This document shows, one piece after another, positions 10,107 to 18,567 of a stretch of DNA of 64,000 bases. The notes under the pieces were generated by a model. That model had not been told where the DNA came from. It worked only from the letters and a program-made list of their open reading frames with translations, and did not search any database. Each line of letters opens with the position of its first letter. The first letter of the stretch is position 1. Source of the DNA: Acutalibacteraceae bacterium (GTDB taxonomy: Bacteria; Bacillota; Clostridia; Oscillospirales; Acutalibacteraceae); the NCBI GenBank assembly GCA_045604605.1, contig JAZUOL010000001.1, positions 496 through 64,495 on the forward strand, given 5' to 3'. The translations under genes and the position numbers were made by a program.

Positions 10107-10826
10107 ATGAAAGTTATATCTGTTGCATCTGCCAAGGGTGGCGTAGGTAAATCAACTTTTTGCGCGTGTGTGGGTAGAATGTTGGCTCTTCACGATAAAA
10201 GAGTTCTTCTTGTTGATATGGATATCGGCGTAAGAAGCCTTGATATTTTGATGGGTGTTTCCGAACAAACCGTTTATAATTGGGGCGATGTAATAAAAAA
10301 TAATGTAGATTACAGAAAAGCGGTTATTGAAGTGGGGAGAAATATTTTTCTCCTTCCCGCACCTATCGATTTTTCTGAAGAATATATAACTGAAAATTTT
10401 TCGGAATGTATAGAAAAATATAAAAAAGACTTTGATTATATATTTTTGGATTCTCCTGCAGGGCTTGAAAGCGGATTTTTGCTTTCTGCAAAAACTTGCG
10501 ACGGGTGTATAATTCTTTCTACCCCCGATAATATAAGTATAAGGGCAGCCTCTTATGCCTGTCGCAATGTAAGAAAAAATGGTGTTGCAGATGTTCGGCT
10601 TGTGGTGAATAAATTCAATAAAAAGCTGCACAAAAAGATCGATGTTGATGAGATTATTGATGGTGTGGGTGCAAGACTGTTGGGAATTGTGCCGGATTCT
10701 CAGGAGGTTTATTCAGGCGTAAATGGTGGTAAAATACCTTATAGCTGTAAGGGGAATAGTGCTTTTTTGAGGATTTCAAAAAGACTTTGCGGCGAAAATA
10801 TTCCTTTCAAAGCAAAAAATCTGTAA
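10107..10826 (+). CDS. MinD/ParA-family P-loop ATPase (MinD-like, short C-terminus)
   Basis: Deviant Walker A SAKGGVGKST; DMDIGVRSLD switch region. Ends at GENIPFKAKNL with no C-terminal amphipathic helix. No minC or minE nearby. Confidence 0.7.
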   Translation: MKVISVASAKGGVGKSTFCACVGRMLALHDKRVLLVDMDIGVRSLDILMGVSEQTVYNWGDVIKNNVDYRKAVIEVGRNIFLLPAPIDFSEEYITENFSECIEKYKKDFDYIFLDSPAGLESGFLLSAKTCDGCIILSTPDNISIRAASYACRNVRKNGVADVRLVVNKFNKKLHKKIDVDEIIDGVGARLLGIVPDSQEVYSGVNGGKIPYSCKGNSAFLRISKRLCGENIPFKAKNL

Positions 10827-10832
10827 TTTTTG

Positions 10833-10860
10833 TTGACATTTAAAATTAAAGTTATATAAT
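10833..10860 (+). promoter_or_regulatory. Sigma-A-type promoter for the TPP riboswitch-thiT unit
   Basis: TTGACA (10833-10838), 16-nt spacer, TATAAT (10855-10860). Confidence 0.5.
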
Positions 10861-10904
10861 GAAGTTGCAAAATTAAGTAGCTACAAATTTTGCCGAAAAT
10901 AAAA

Positions 10905-10995
10905 CAGGGGAGCTGGCGGACGTCGGCTGAGAAAGAAAACATTCCTTTTCTGACCCTAATAACCTGATGCGGATAATGCCGCCGTAGGAAAAATA
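10905..10995 (+). ncRNA. TPP (THI-box) riboswitch aptamer
   Basis: Hallmark blocks GGGGAGC ... GGCTGAGA ... GACCC ... AACCTGATGCGGATAATGCCGCCGTAGGAA, upstream of a thiamine transporter gene. Confidence 0.85.
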
Positions 10996-11008
10996 CCACC
11001 GGATTAGT

Positions 11009-11047
11009 ATCTCTCTATGGCTGTGTTACCGCCGTAGGGAGATTTTT
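11009..11047 (+). terminator. Riboswitch expression-platform intrinsic terminator
   Basis: 13-bp stem 11009-11021 / 11031-11043 followed by TTTT. Its 3' arm GCCGTAGGGA repeats the aptamer 3' segment GCCGTAGGAA (10981-10990). Confidence 0.7.
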
Positions 11048-11067
11048 ATTCGGAGGTATTATTAAAA

Positions 11068-11673
11068 ATGGATACATTAACAAAAAAAGATAAAATCAGA
11101 CGTTTGGTGGAAAGTGCTTTAATGCTCGCTTTATCAACGCTTTTGGCGGAATTTGCCATAATCAAATTCCCCTTTGGCGGAAGCGTGACGATATTCAGTC
11201 AGGTTCCTATGGTGGTTGTTTCATATCGCTACGGAATTAAATGGGGTGCTTTTGCGGGCCTTTGTATGGGCGTTATTCAAATGCTTTTCGGTATGGGCAA
11301 TTTTGCTTATGTAAGCGGTTTGGTTTCGTATTTAATATTGGCTTTTGCTGATTATATAATAGCTTTCGGGGCTCTGGGATTTGGCGGTATGTTTAAAAAC
11401 AAAATAAAAAATCCCATCATTGCGCTTGCTTTGGGCGGTGGAGTTGTTTCGGTAATAAGGTTTATTTGCCACTTTATAAGCGGTGTTACAATCTGGGGCG
11501 ATTATACCGAAGGTGCACAGGCGGTATGGGAGTACTCTCTTACATATAATGCGGGGTATATGCTTCCCGAACTTATCATAACTGTTGTAGGTTGTGTCGT
11601 TCTTGCATCAATATTTGATTTATCCTCAAAAGAGATAAAAGTAAAAAGTAAGAAAAGTATTAAAAACAAGTAA
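11068..11673 (+). CDS. thiT: Thiamine ECF-transporter S component ThiT
   Basis: ~200-aa six-TM protein directly downstream of the TPP riboswitch. Confidence 0.75.
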   Translation: MDTLTKKDKIRRLVESALMLALSTLLAEFAIIKFPFGGSVTIFSQVPMVVVSYRYGIKWGAFAGLCMGVIQMLFGMGNFAYVSGLVSYLILAFADYIIAFGALGFGGMFKNKIKNPIIALALGGGVVSVIRFICHFISGVTIWGDYTEGAQAVWEYSLTYNAGYMLPELIITVVGCVVLASIFDLSSKEIKVKSKKSIKNK

Positions 11674-11778
11674 AAAAAGTTAAAAAATTGTAAACCTCCT
11701 TATTAATTGCTGTTTTTATTTGAATTTTCACACAAATGGTGATAGAATGAAAACAGAATGGAATAAGGAGGTTTTTCC

Positions 11779-13287
11779 TTGAAAGACAATAAAAATTTAA
11801 ATGACTTGAATTTGCCTGATGGTGAGTTGTCAAAATCCGGCAATAATACTGCTGTTACGGAAGATAACTTTTCAACTGCAATAGACAAATCTAAGGAATA
11901 TTCTGATAAATCTTTGGATGAAGAGTTGGAACGTCTTGCGCAGACTTTTCGTCAAGAGCTTAAAAAGGCACAGGCGATGACTGAAGAGGAGCTTGTAAAA
12001 AGCGGGATAGTAATTCAACAGTATGAAGATGAAGAAGGTGCGATTCCTGAGGAAGAACTGTGTCATTGCTGTGGTGAACAACGACGTGACAAAAGCTTTG
12101 GAGAGAATTATGAATATTGCAAAAGCTGTAGAGAGGCAATGCGCCGCTACCCGTTAAGCATTTCAGGTATTATTACGCTTGCTGTGATGGTGTTTGTTGC
12201 TGTCTTTTCGGTTTTCTCTTTTGCAGAGGATTTTTCAACATACAATACCATTCGTCAAGGTGATGACTGTATAAAGGAAAACAAGCTTTACTCTGCATTT
12301 GATTCATATGATGCTGCAATTTCTGCTTTTGAGGCAGAAGATGTTGTTCCTAAAAATTTATATTTTAAAACTATAAAGATTCTTTATAATACAATGCCTG
12401 ATGGTGTTTATTCAATGAATGACATAATCAAAAGGGTTGATTCAGCATTAACACAATTTGAGTCACAAATTCCTGTTTATGCAAATTATATGGAAATCTA
12501 TGAAGAGGCTCAGATTCTCTACGGAACAATAAACGAATTTTATACAGTTTTAAATAATGAAAAATTTGCTGAATACGATTTCAAAAATGATGAACAGTAC
12601 CAAGAACTTATGACAGAAATCGGTTCGATAATTGATAAGCAAATCACAATTACTTCCATTGACAGAAAATCGAGTCAGCTTGTAGCATCAAATGAAGCAA
12701 TTGTAAGATTTTGTCAGTATATGTTCGCTTATTCAAATGAAAGATTTGAAGATTCATATAAATATATGAATATGGTTTATGAGCTTGAACCTTCATATTT
12801 ATGGCTTTACGCTTATGAATTGGGTGCAGCAGAGCTTCAAAACGGTAATCTGGAAAAAGCTCAATTTTTAGCTGATGTTTTATACGAGAGTAACTATGAA
12901 TTGCCGGATGCCTATGCTTTGCATTCTTCTGTTGCGCGATTGACCGGAGATAGCAAAAGAGCAATTGAATGGGCAGATAAAGGTGTAAAAAATGCTGCGG
13001 AAAATGCAGAGCTGTACAGAATAAAAGCAATGGCGCACATTACCTCCGGTGATTACGAAGCAGCTAAAGAGGCAACAGATGCGGCACTTAAAATAGAAGG
13101 TTACGGACTTCTTTATATGACCGCCATTGTTGCAGAAAATGAATTGGGTAATGATGATGCGGTAAAAGAGTTGAAAGCTACTATGAAAGAAAATGATATG
13201 GAGCTTTCTGAAAAAACTCAAAAATATCTTAAAGGAAAAATTACTGCTCAGCAAATGTTTACGGAAGGCACAGGTGATGTAGAATGA
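11779..13287 (+). CDS. Hypothetical bitopic protein: acidic N-terminus, CxxC...CxxC zinc ribbon, one TM, helical TPR-like C-terminal domain
   Basis: TTG start after AAGGAGG. CHCCGEQ...CKSCRE, TM GIITLAVMVFVAVFSVFSF, then a long helical repeat-like region. Confidence 0.5.
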   Translation: MKDNKNLNDLNLPDGELSKSGNNTAVTEDNFSTAIDKSKEYSDKSLDEELERLAQTFRQELKKAQAMTEEELVKSGIVIQQYEDEEGAIPEEELCHCCGEQRRDKSFGENYEYCKSCREAMRRYPLSISGIITLAVMVFVAVFSVFSFAEDFSTYNTIRQGDDCIKENKLYSAFDSYDAAISAFEAEDVVPKNLYFKTIKILYNTMPDGVYSMNDIIKRVDSALTQFESQIPVYANYMEIYEEAQILYGTINEFYTVLNNEKFAEYDFKNDEQYQELMTEIGSIIDKQITITSIDRKSSQLVASNEAIVRFCQYMFAYSNERFEDSYKYMNMVYELEPSYLWLYAYELGAAELQNGNLEKAQFLADVLYESNYELPDAYALHSSVARLTGDSKRAIEWADKGVKNAAENAELYRIKAMAHITSGDYEAAKEATDAALKIEGYGLLYMTAIVAENELGNDDAVKELKATMKENDMELSEKTQKYLKGKITAQQMFTEGTGDVE

Positions 13288-13847
13288 CAAATATTTATGT
13301 GGCAACACGCATTTTGACCTTTTTCGGAGCATTGATGAGAACATTCTGGGAGCAGGTTGCTTGCCGTGTTTGCGGTGTTCCTGTTGAAGATGTCCGAGCG
13401 TTTAAGGTTTCTGAGCTTTGTGGTCATGTGGAGCATGAGCTCGTGAGAAGGAAAAAGCATATTTTTCTTATTTGTTGGTTACCCTTTGTATTGAATTTTA
13501 TTCTCGCTTGTTGTTTTCTTTTGAACGGCTCTTACCGGGTTGTTTATGCAGGGGATATAAAAACTTTAACATCATGGGTATTTTTGTGGTTGGGAATTTC
13601 CTTTGCTTCAAACTGTGTGCCTTCATTTGAGGATGTATTATCCTTCAAAGATGCATTTTTTAATGCAGAAACAAAAAAATATATAAAAGTCATTGTCGCA
13701 CCGTTTTTTGCAATTATTTATGGCTTTGCTATTTTGGAAAGATATTCAGTAACATTTGTGGTTTCAGTTTTGTTTGCAATGGTTTTTCCGCAAATCATGA
13801 ACGTGTTCTTTCCTGTGATTATAAAAATATCACAAATGCTTAATTGA
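13284..13847 (+). CDS. Hypothetical polytopic membrane protein
   Basis: ATGA overlap with the upstream gene. Four or more hydrophobic segments. No family recognised. Confidence 0.45.
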   Translation: MTNIYVATRILTFFGALMRTFWEQVACRVCGVPVEDVRAFKVSELCGHVEHELVRRKKHIFLICWLPFVLNFILACCFLLNGSYRVVYAGDIKTLTSWVFLWLGISFASNCVPSFEDVLSFKDAFFNAETKKYIKVIVAPFFAIIYGFAILERYSVTFVVSVLFAMVFPQIMNVFFPVIIKISQMLN

Positions 13848-14965
13848 TGGTAACTGATATGAAAAAAGTATTAAAAACCGCACCTGCAGTTTTTGCAGTA
13901 GGTGATGATTATCAGATTATAATTCCTGTTACTTGCGAAACTGTTATGTGGGTTAAGGTTGGGGACAAATGCTTCTATGATGAATCAAACGGTATTTTGC
14001 GTTCTGCTAAAAGGATACACAAAATGATCGTTCCTGCAGAAATTCTGAACAAGGAATGCTATTATACTGTTTGTTATCGCAGGATTATAAAAAGAAAAGC
14101 TTATTTTTCACTGACTCATTCTGTTGAAGAAGAGGTCTTCAGATTCCGAAAGGTTCAGAACGGAACTGTCAGGGCATATCACATTGCAGATGCGCATAAT
14201 ATGATAAAAGAACCTGTTGAATGTGCAGAGGTTTTCAGTAAAGAAATAGGCGAAATTGATTTTCTTATTCTTAATGGAGATGTCCCTGAGGATAGCGATA
14301 ATATTAAGAATTTTGATACTATATATGAAATAATTTCTCAGATAACAAAAGGTGAGATTCCTGTTGTGTTTTCAAGGGGAAATCATGATACAAGAGGTGT
14401 TTTTGCTGAAAATATAGCAGAATATACCCCTTGTGAAAACGGAAACTCCTATTTTACCTTCAGGTTAGGTAATATATGGGGGTTAGTGTTGGATTGCGGT
14501 GAAGATAAACTTGATACCAACATAGAATACGGCAATATGGTTGCTTGTAGCTTTTTCAGAGAAAAACAGACACGTTTCCTTGAAAAGTTAGCGGAAAACT
14601 GTGGAGTGCAAGTCGCAAATGAGGGGATAGAGCATAAAATTGTTTTTGCCCATAATCCTTTCACAAGAAGATATCCGGAGCCTTTCAATATAGAAGAGGA
14701 AACTTTCGCATATTGGGCAAAAATACTTAAAGAAAAAATAAAACCTGAAATTATGATTTGCGGTCATATTCATAAATTTTCTGTTGATATGCCGGGCTGC
14801 GAAAATGATGCTTTGGGTCAACCTTGCCCGGTTGTTGTAGGCACTCAGGTTGATAAGAGGAAAAAATATTTTGCCGGTAGCGGTTTTGTGTTCGAAAAAG
14901 ATAAAATTCAGGTTGTATTTAACGATAATTCCGGCATTTTAGAAACACATATTTTAAAAAAATAA
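13844..14965 (+). CDS. Metallophosphoesterase (calcineurin-like) with N-terminal beta-rich domain
   Basis: Motifs HIADAH, NGDVPED, RGNHD, GHIH. Start ambiguous: TTG 13844, ATG 13847 or ATG 13859. Overlaps the upstream stop. Confidence 0.7.
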   Translation: MMVTDMKKVLKTAPAVFAVGDDYQIIIPVTCETVMWVKVGDKCFYDESNGILRSAKRIHKMIVPAEILNKECYYTVCYRRIIKRKAYFSLTHSVEEEVFRFRKVQNGTVRAYHIADAHNMIKEPVECAEVFSKEIGEIDFLILNGDVPEDSDNIKNFDTIYEIISQITKGEIPVVFSRGNHDTRGVFAENIAEYTPCENGNSYFTFRLGNIWGLVLDCGEDKLDTNIEYGNMVACSFFREKQTRFLEKLAENCGVQVANEGIEHKIVFAHNPFTRRYPEPFNIEEETFAYWAKILKEKIKPEIMICGHIHKFSVDMPGCENDALGQPCPVVVGTQVDKRKKYFAGSGFVFEKDKIQVVFNDNSGILETHILKK

Positions 14966-14975
14966 AACGAATAAT

Positions 14976-15014
14976 AAAAAGCGAAGCGGATTTTAAAAGA
15001 CCCGCTTCGCTTTA
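14976..15014. terminator. Bidirectional intrinsic terminator between convergent genes
   Basis: GCGAAGCGG / CCGCTTCGC stem flanked by an A-run and TTT. Confidence 0.6.
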
Positions 15015-15016
15015 TG

Positions 15017-16339
15017 TTATTCTGTAAATCCTATTAATTCAATATTTTCACAATTTTCTGCATCGAGATTTTTCATGCTGTAGTCTTCGCAGGTGTTAAG
15101 CCACTCTACAGAAGATTTTTCGATTGTGATATTTTTAGCGTGGCGCAGATAAAAACCTGCATTTTTGATTTTTTCTACTCCATATTGCAAACAGGGGCGT
15201 AAATCATAAAGACCACTTTCCCATTTTGTCCATTTGTTCATTTTTATATGAACATTTTCAAATGTAATATTTTCTATAACATTTTCTTGGGTTCCGTAAA
15301 CGAGAACACCATTTTCACCTTTGCAGGTAATGTTATTGAATCTGATGTTTTTGATTTTTCCGGATTTAGTGTTTTCGTCACGATTAAAGGTTGTGATAAC
15401 AATAGGCTCTGCTGTACCCCACCAATCAGGACAAAAACGACGTGTTTCAATTATACAATTGGAATAGGAAACGTTTTCAACATTTCCGCCATCACGGATT
15501 TGAATTGAAAGCCCTCTGTTGCTTTTTGAAATGATACAGTTATCAACAATGATGTTTTTGAAATCCCCCACACCCTCTGTTCCGATTTTGATAGCCGCAG
15601 ATGTGGATATAAGAGTACAGTTGCTTATAATTATATTTTCACAAGGCCCGTATTCGCTGTTTCCTTTTGATGTTTTAAGACAAATACAGTCATCCGCACA
15701 TTCAATATGACACCCAAGGATTCTTACATTTGAGCAGTGGTCGGGGTCGATGCCATCAGAATTAGCCACATCCAAATCATTGAGAATGCGTATTTGGGAA
15801 ATAAGAACATCATCGCAGCCTGCCGGATGGAGAGTCCAGAAGGGTGCATCAACTATTGTAATATCCTTAAAGGTAATGTTGTTGCTCTTTTCTATATAAA
15901 TTACAGTGGGACGAGGATAAAAATTTCCCGTAACGTAATATTGGTCTTTTCTCTCAACAAAGCTATGGCCATTGGCATCAATCGTGCCCTCTCCTGTAAT
16001 TGAACAACCATCGGCTTCGTAACCGTAAATAAAAACGAAGGAAGGTTTTCCTGTTACTGGATTTCCGATTAAAGCGGTTTTGGGATCATTTATCATATTG
16101 CAGGGTCTGATGTAGCCATCAATATTGTTGGTTGCCTTAAGGCGAGAGCCCTTCTGAAGATGCAACTCAACATTCTTTTTTAGTTGAATTGAATCAGAGA
16201 AATATGTTTTTCCCGAAGTGAGAACAACGGTTCCGCCGCCATTTTTATATGCTTTATCAATGCTTTGTTGAATAGCGTTTTTATCGTTATCAATTCCGTT
16301 GCCTTTTGCACCATAGTCTTCCGGATAGAAAAATAACAT
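15017..16339 (-). CDS. Glycoside hydrolase family 28 (polygalacturonase-like beta-helix), no signal peptide
   Basis: EDYGAKGNGIDND start region; NSDGIDPD, GDDCICLK and RGLSIQ motifs. ATG at 16339 chosen: the longer track ORF to 16465 overlaps the upstream gene. Confidence 0.75.
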   Translation of the reverse strand: MLFFYPEDYGAKGNGIDNDKNAIQQSIDKAYKNGGGTVVLTSGKTYFSDSIQLKKNVELHLQKGSRLKATNNIDGYIRPCNMINDPKTALIGNPVTGKPSFVFIYGYEADGCSITGEGTIDANGHSFVERKDQYYVTGNFYPRPTVIYIEKSNNITFKDITIVDAPFWTLHPAGCDDVLISQIRILNDLDVANSDGIDPDHCSNVRILGCHIECADDCICLKTSKGNSEYGPCENIIISNCTLISTSAAIKIGTEGVGDFKNIIVDNCIISKSNRGLSIQIRDGGNVENVSYSNCIIETRRFCPDWWGTAEPIVITTFNRDENTKSGKIKNIRFNNITCKGENGVLVYGTQENVIENITFENVHIKMNKWTKWESGLYDLRPCLQYGVEKIKNAGFYLRHAKNITIEKSSVEWLNTCEDYSMKNLDAENCENIELIGFTE

Positions 16340-16344
16340 TTTTG

Positions 16345-17361
16345 TCACCTCTGCATTATGTTCTGAGTAAGGATGATTTCGTTTTTGTCTGTGAAGGTTG
16401 CAATAATTCCGTTTCTGTGGGCGGTTGAGAATGTGGGTGCCTTCGCAACCATTGTTAAGTTCCATTTTACGTTAGGATAAATTTTGCCTAAATGATTTGT
16501 AACTATGGCAATTTCGGGTTGCAAAACTCTTAAAAAGCTCATTGAAGAAGAACCGTAATAGCCGTGATGACCAATTTTAAAAAGGTCAACATCACCGATG
16601 TCTTCTGCATATATTTTTTCAAGACCAGAATCGTTGGTGAAGTCTGCCGCCAGGAAAGCACTTTTTTCGCCTTTTTTTATAATAACACCCACGCTACTGG
16701 CATTTTCTCCTTTTCCGTAAAGCTCTTCGGGGGTTACAGTATTGATAAATCGTATTGTGAAATCTCCGAAATTAAATTCACTATCGGGTAAATCACTTAT
16801 GATATTAACGCCTCTTTCTTCAAGGACTGTTATGATTTTTTGATAGGTTCCTTTGTTACCCCAGACACCTATTTCCATTTCTGTTGCTACATTTTCATTA
16901 AATTCTTTAAAGTATGCTTTTTTGGAAGAAATATTTTGGTCTTTGAAGATGGCTTCAAAATTTCCTGCATGGTCGTAGTGTATGTGAGTGCCTAAAACAA
17001 ACTCAAAGTTAACTTTACCGTTTTTGTCGGATGCAACTTTTTTGATATAATTTATAACTTCTTGCTGATAACCCTTATATTTTGTTTTTCTTCGAGGGTT
17101 TTCGTTACCTTCGCCTGAGTCAATGAGAGCAAATTTCCCGTTGCTTTCAATAATAATACAGTCAGAATTGGCGGTATTAAGAAAATGAATTCTATCATTA
17201 CCGTTTTCGTATTTGAATGTTTCGTCAGTAACAGTGATTTCATTAACATGCTTGTTAGCGAGAGAAACCACAATAATGTCAAGAATAAACACAGAAAGCA
17301 TAACACTTGTTACAACCCATGTAGCAATAACTCTTGCTAATTTCTTTTTGTCATTTGTCAT
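16345..17361 (-). CDS. MBL-fold metallo-hydrolase with N-terminal membrane anchor
   Basis: HIHYDHAG (HxHxDH) and GHHGY motifs. N-terminal TM VIATWVVTSVMLSVFILDIIVV. Confidence 0.7.
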   Translation of the reverse strand: MTNDKKKLARVIATWVVTSVMLSVFILDIIVVSLANKHVNEITVTDETFKYENGNDRIHFLNTANSDCIIIESNGKFALIDSGEGNENPRRKTKYKGYQQEVINYIKKVASDKNGKVNFEFVLGTHIHYDHAGNFEAIFKDQNISSKKAYFKEFNENVATEMEIGVWGNKGTYQKIITVLEERGVNIISDLPDSEFNFGDFTIRFINTVTPEELYGKGENASSVGVIIKKGEKSAFLAADFTNDSGLEKIYAEDIGDVDLFKIGHHGYYGSSSMSFLRVLQPEIAIVTNHLGKIYPNVKWNLTMVAKAPTFSTAHRNGIIATFTDKNEIILTQNIMQR

Positions 17362-18416
17362 TCTTTACCCTCCTTGTGTGACTTTTTGAATAAGAGAGAA
17401 AGATTTTTATATGGTACTTGCTGCCATGCTGAAACAATGAGAAGAGCTCCGACACAGTGCATTGGTATTCTTGCTAAAAGATTGGGGCAAAGGAAAATAA
17501 CTGCACCACTTACTGCTATTGTTGTGATTGCGGAAACAAGAGAATAATTTATTATGTCAAATTGCCTTGCAGGTAAAAAAGAAATTATGCCATTTGTTAA
17601 ATTGACAAGGGTATTTCGAGAAGAATCTTCCTTACCTGACCTTAGGAAAAGAACAAAACCAAAGTACAAGCACCCCAATAATAAGGGTATAATATTTGTT
17701 TTTTCAAGTGTTGCACAAAAGCCGAAAGGTAGGGTATAAGTGTGGTAATCAGGGAGAAATGAGTCAATTTCGTTGACTGTTGTCAATTGTCTTTCGGGGT
17801 TTAAGAATAAATTAAGTATGAAAGGAATTAACAGGGTCATAAATTCTGCAGGTAAAGTTTTGTTTAGTTTGCGGAATTTAAAGGGGTAGGTAATCATTGC
17901 GAAAAGAGTAATTGTGCCATAAAGAAGCCCACGGAAGTGGGGATGGAAGCCTAAAGAACGATAGCTTTTCAGCATTTCGATTGCAGTGCTTCCGATGGCG
18001 CCGATTCCGAAATATTGGTTTGTAAGTATAACAGTTGCTACAAGGGCGAGTATTAATGTTACCCAAGCGATGATTGCATTTATGCGGTTGTTTATTTTCA
18101 GAGCTTTTGAAAGGCAAAAATAAATTACAACTCCGCAGATAATACATAAAGGAAGATAAGGAGTACCACATTCCGAAACTATATAATGAACGGGAATGAG
18201 AAGAAAAGCATCAGGTGCATAAATTTTATTTTTGGATTTTGCAGAGAATAAAGCGCATATTACAATGCAAAAAAAGACATTCAAAAGGCCGAGACCTACC
18301 GAAGCGGCTGCGCAAAGAGCGTAAGACCCCAGAAGCGTAGCACCGGTAAGACCCGCGAGAATGTCGGTTTTTATATTCGATTGCTTTAAATTTCTGCTCA
18401 TATATGTTTCCCTCAA
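17358..18416 (-). CDS. SulP-family-like polytopic membrane protein without STAS domain
   Basis: N-terminal DILAGLTGA, LPAEF and RIPMHCVGALLIV segments resemble the SulP transmembrane core. Protein ends right after the last TM. ATGA overlap with the MBL gene. Confidence 0.45.
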   Translation of the reverse strand: MRETYMSRNLKQSNIKTDILAGLTGATLLGSYALCAAASVGLGLLNVFFCIVICALFSAKSKNKIYAPDAFLLIPVHYIVSECGTPYLPLCIICGVVIYFCLSKALKINNRINAIIAWVTLILALVATVILTNQYFGIGAIGSTAIEMLKSYRSLGFHPHFRGLLYGTITLFAMITYPFKFRKLNKTLPAEFMTLLIPFILNLFLNPERQLTTVNEIDSFLPDYHTYTLPFGFCATLEKTNIIPLLLGCLYFGFVLFLRSGKEDSSRNTLVNLTNGIISFLPARQFDIINYSLVSAITTIAVSGAVIFLCPNLLARIPMHCVGALLIVSAWQQVPYKNLSLLFKKSHKEGKE

Positions 18417-18514
18417 AAAGCTAATACTTTAAGTATTCTACAATAATTGTAAAAAATAAACAATACCGAAAGAGAATTTTTTAATAAGCAGATTCATCAT
18501 TTGTTTGAAATATG

Positions 18515-18543
18515 TTGACATTTTCGTTTTCATTCTTTATAAT
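18515..18543 (+). promoter_or_regulatory. Consensus sigma-A promoter
   Basis: TTGACA (18515-18520), 17-nt spacer, TATAAT (18538-18543). Confidence 0.6.
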
Positions 18544-18567
18544 GAAAGAGATTAAAATAGGAATGGA

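Noticed and set aside
16340-16465. N-terminal 42-aa extension of the GH28 ORF (track start 16465).
   Set aside because: It overlaps the 3' end of the upstream MBL gene. The internal ATG at 16339 gives the canonical EDYGAKGNG start region 5 nt after the MBL stop.
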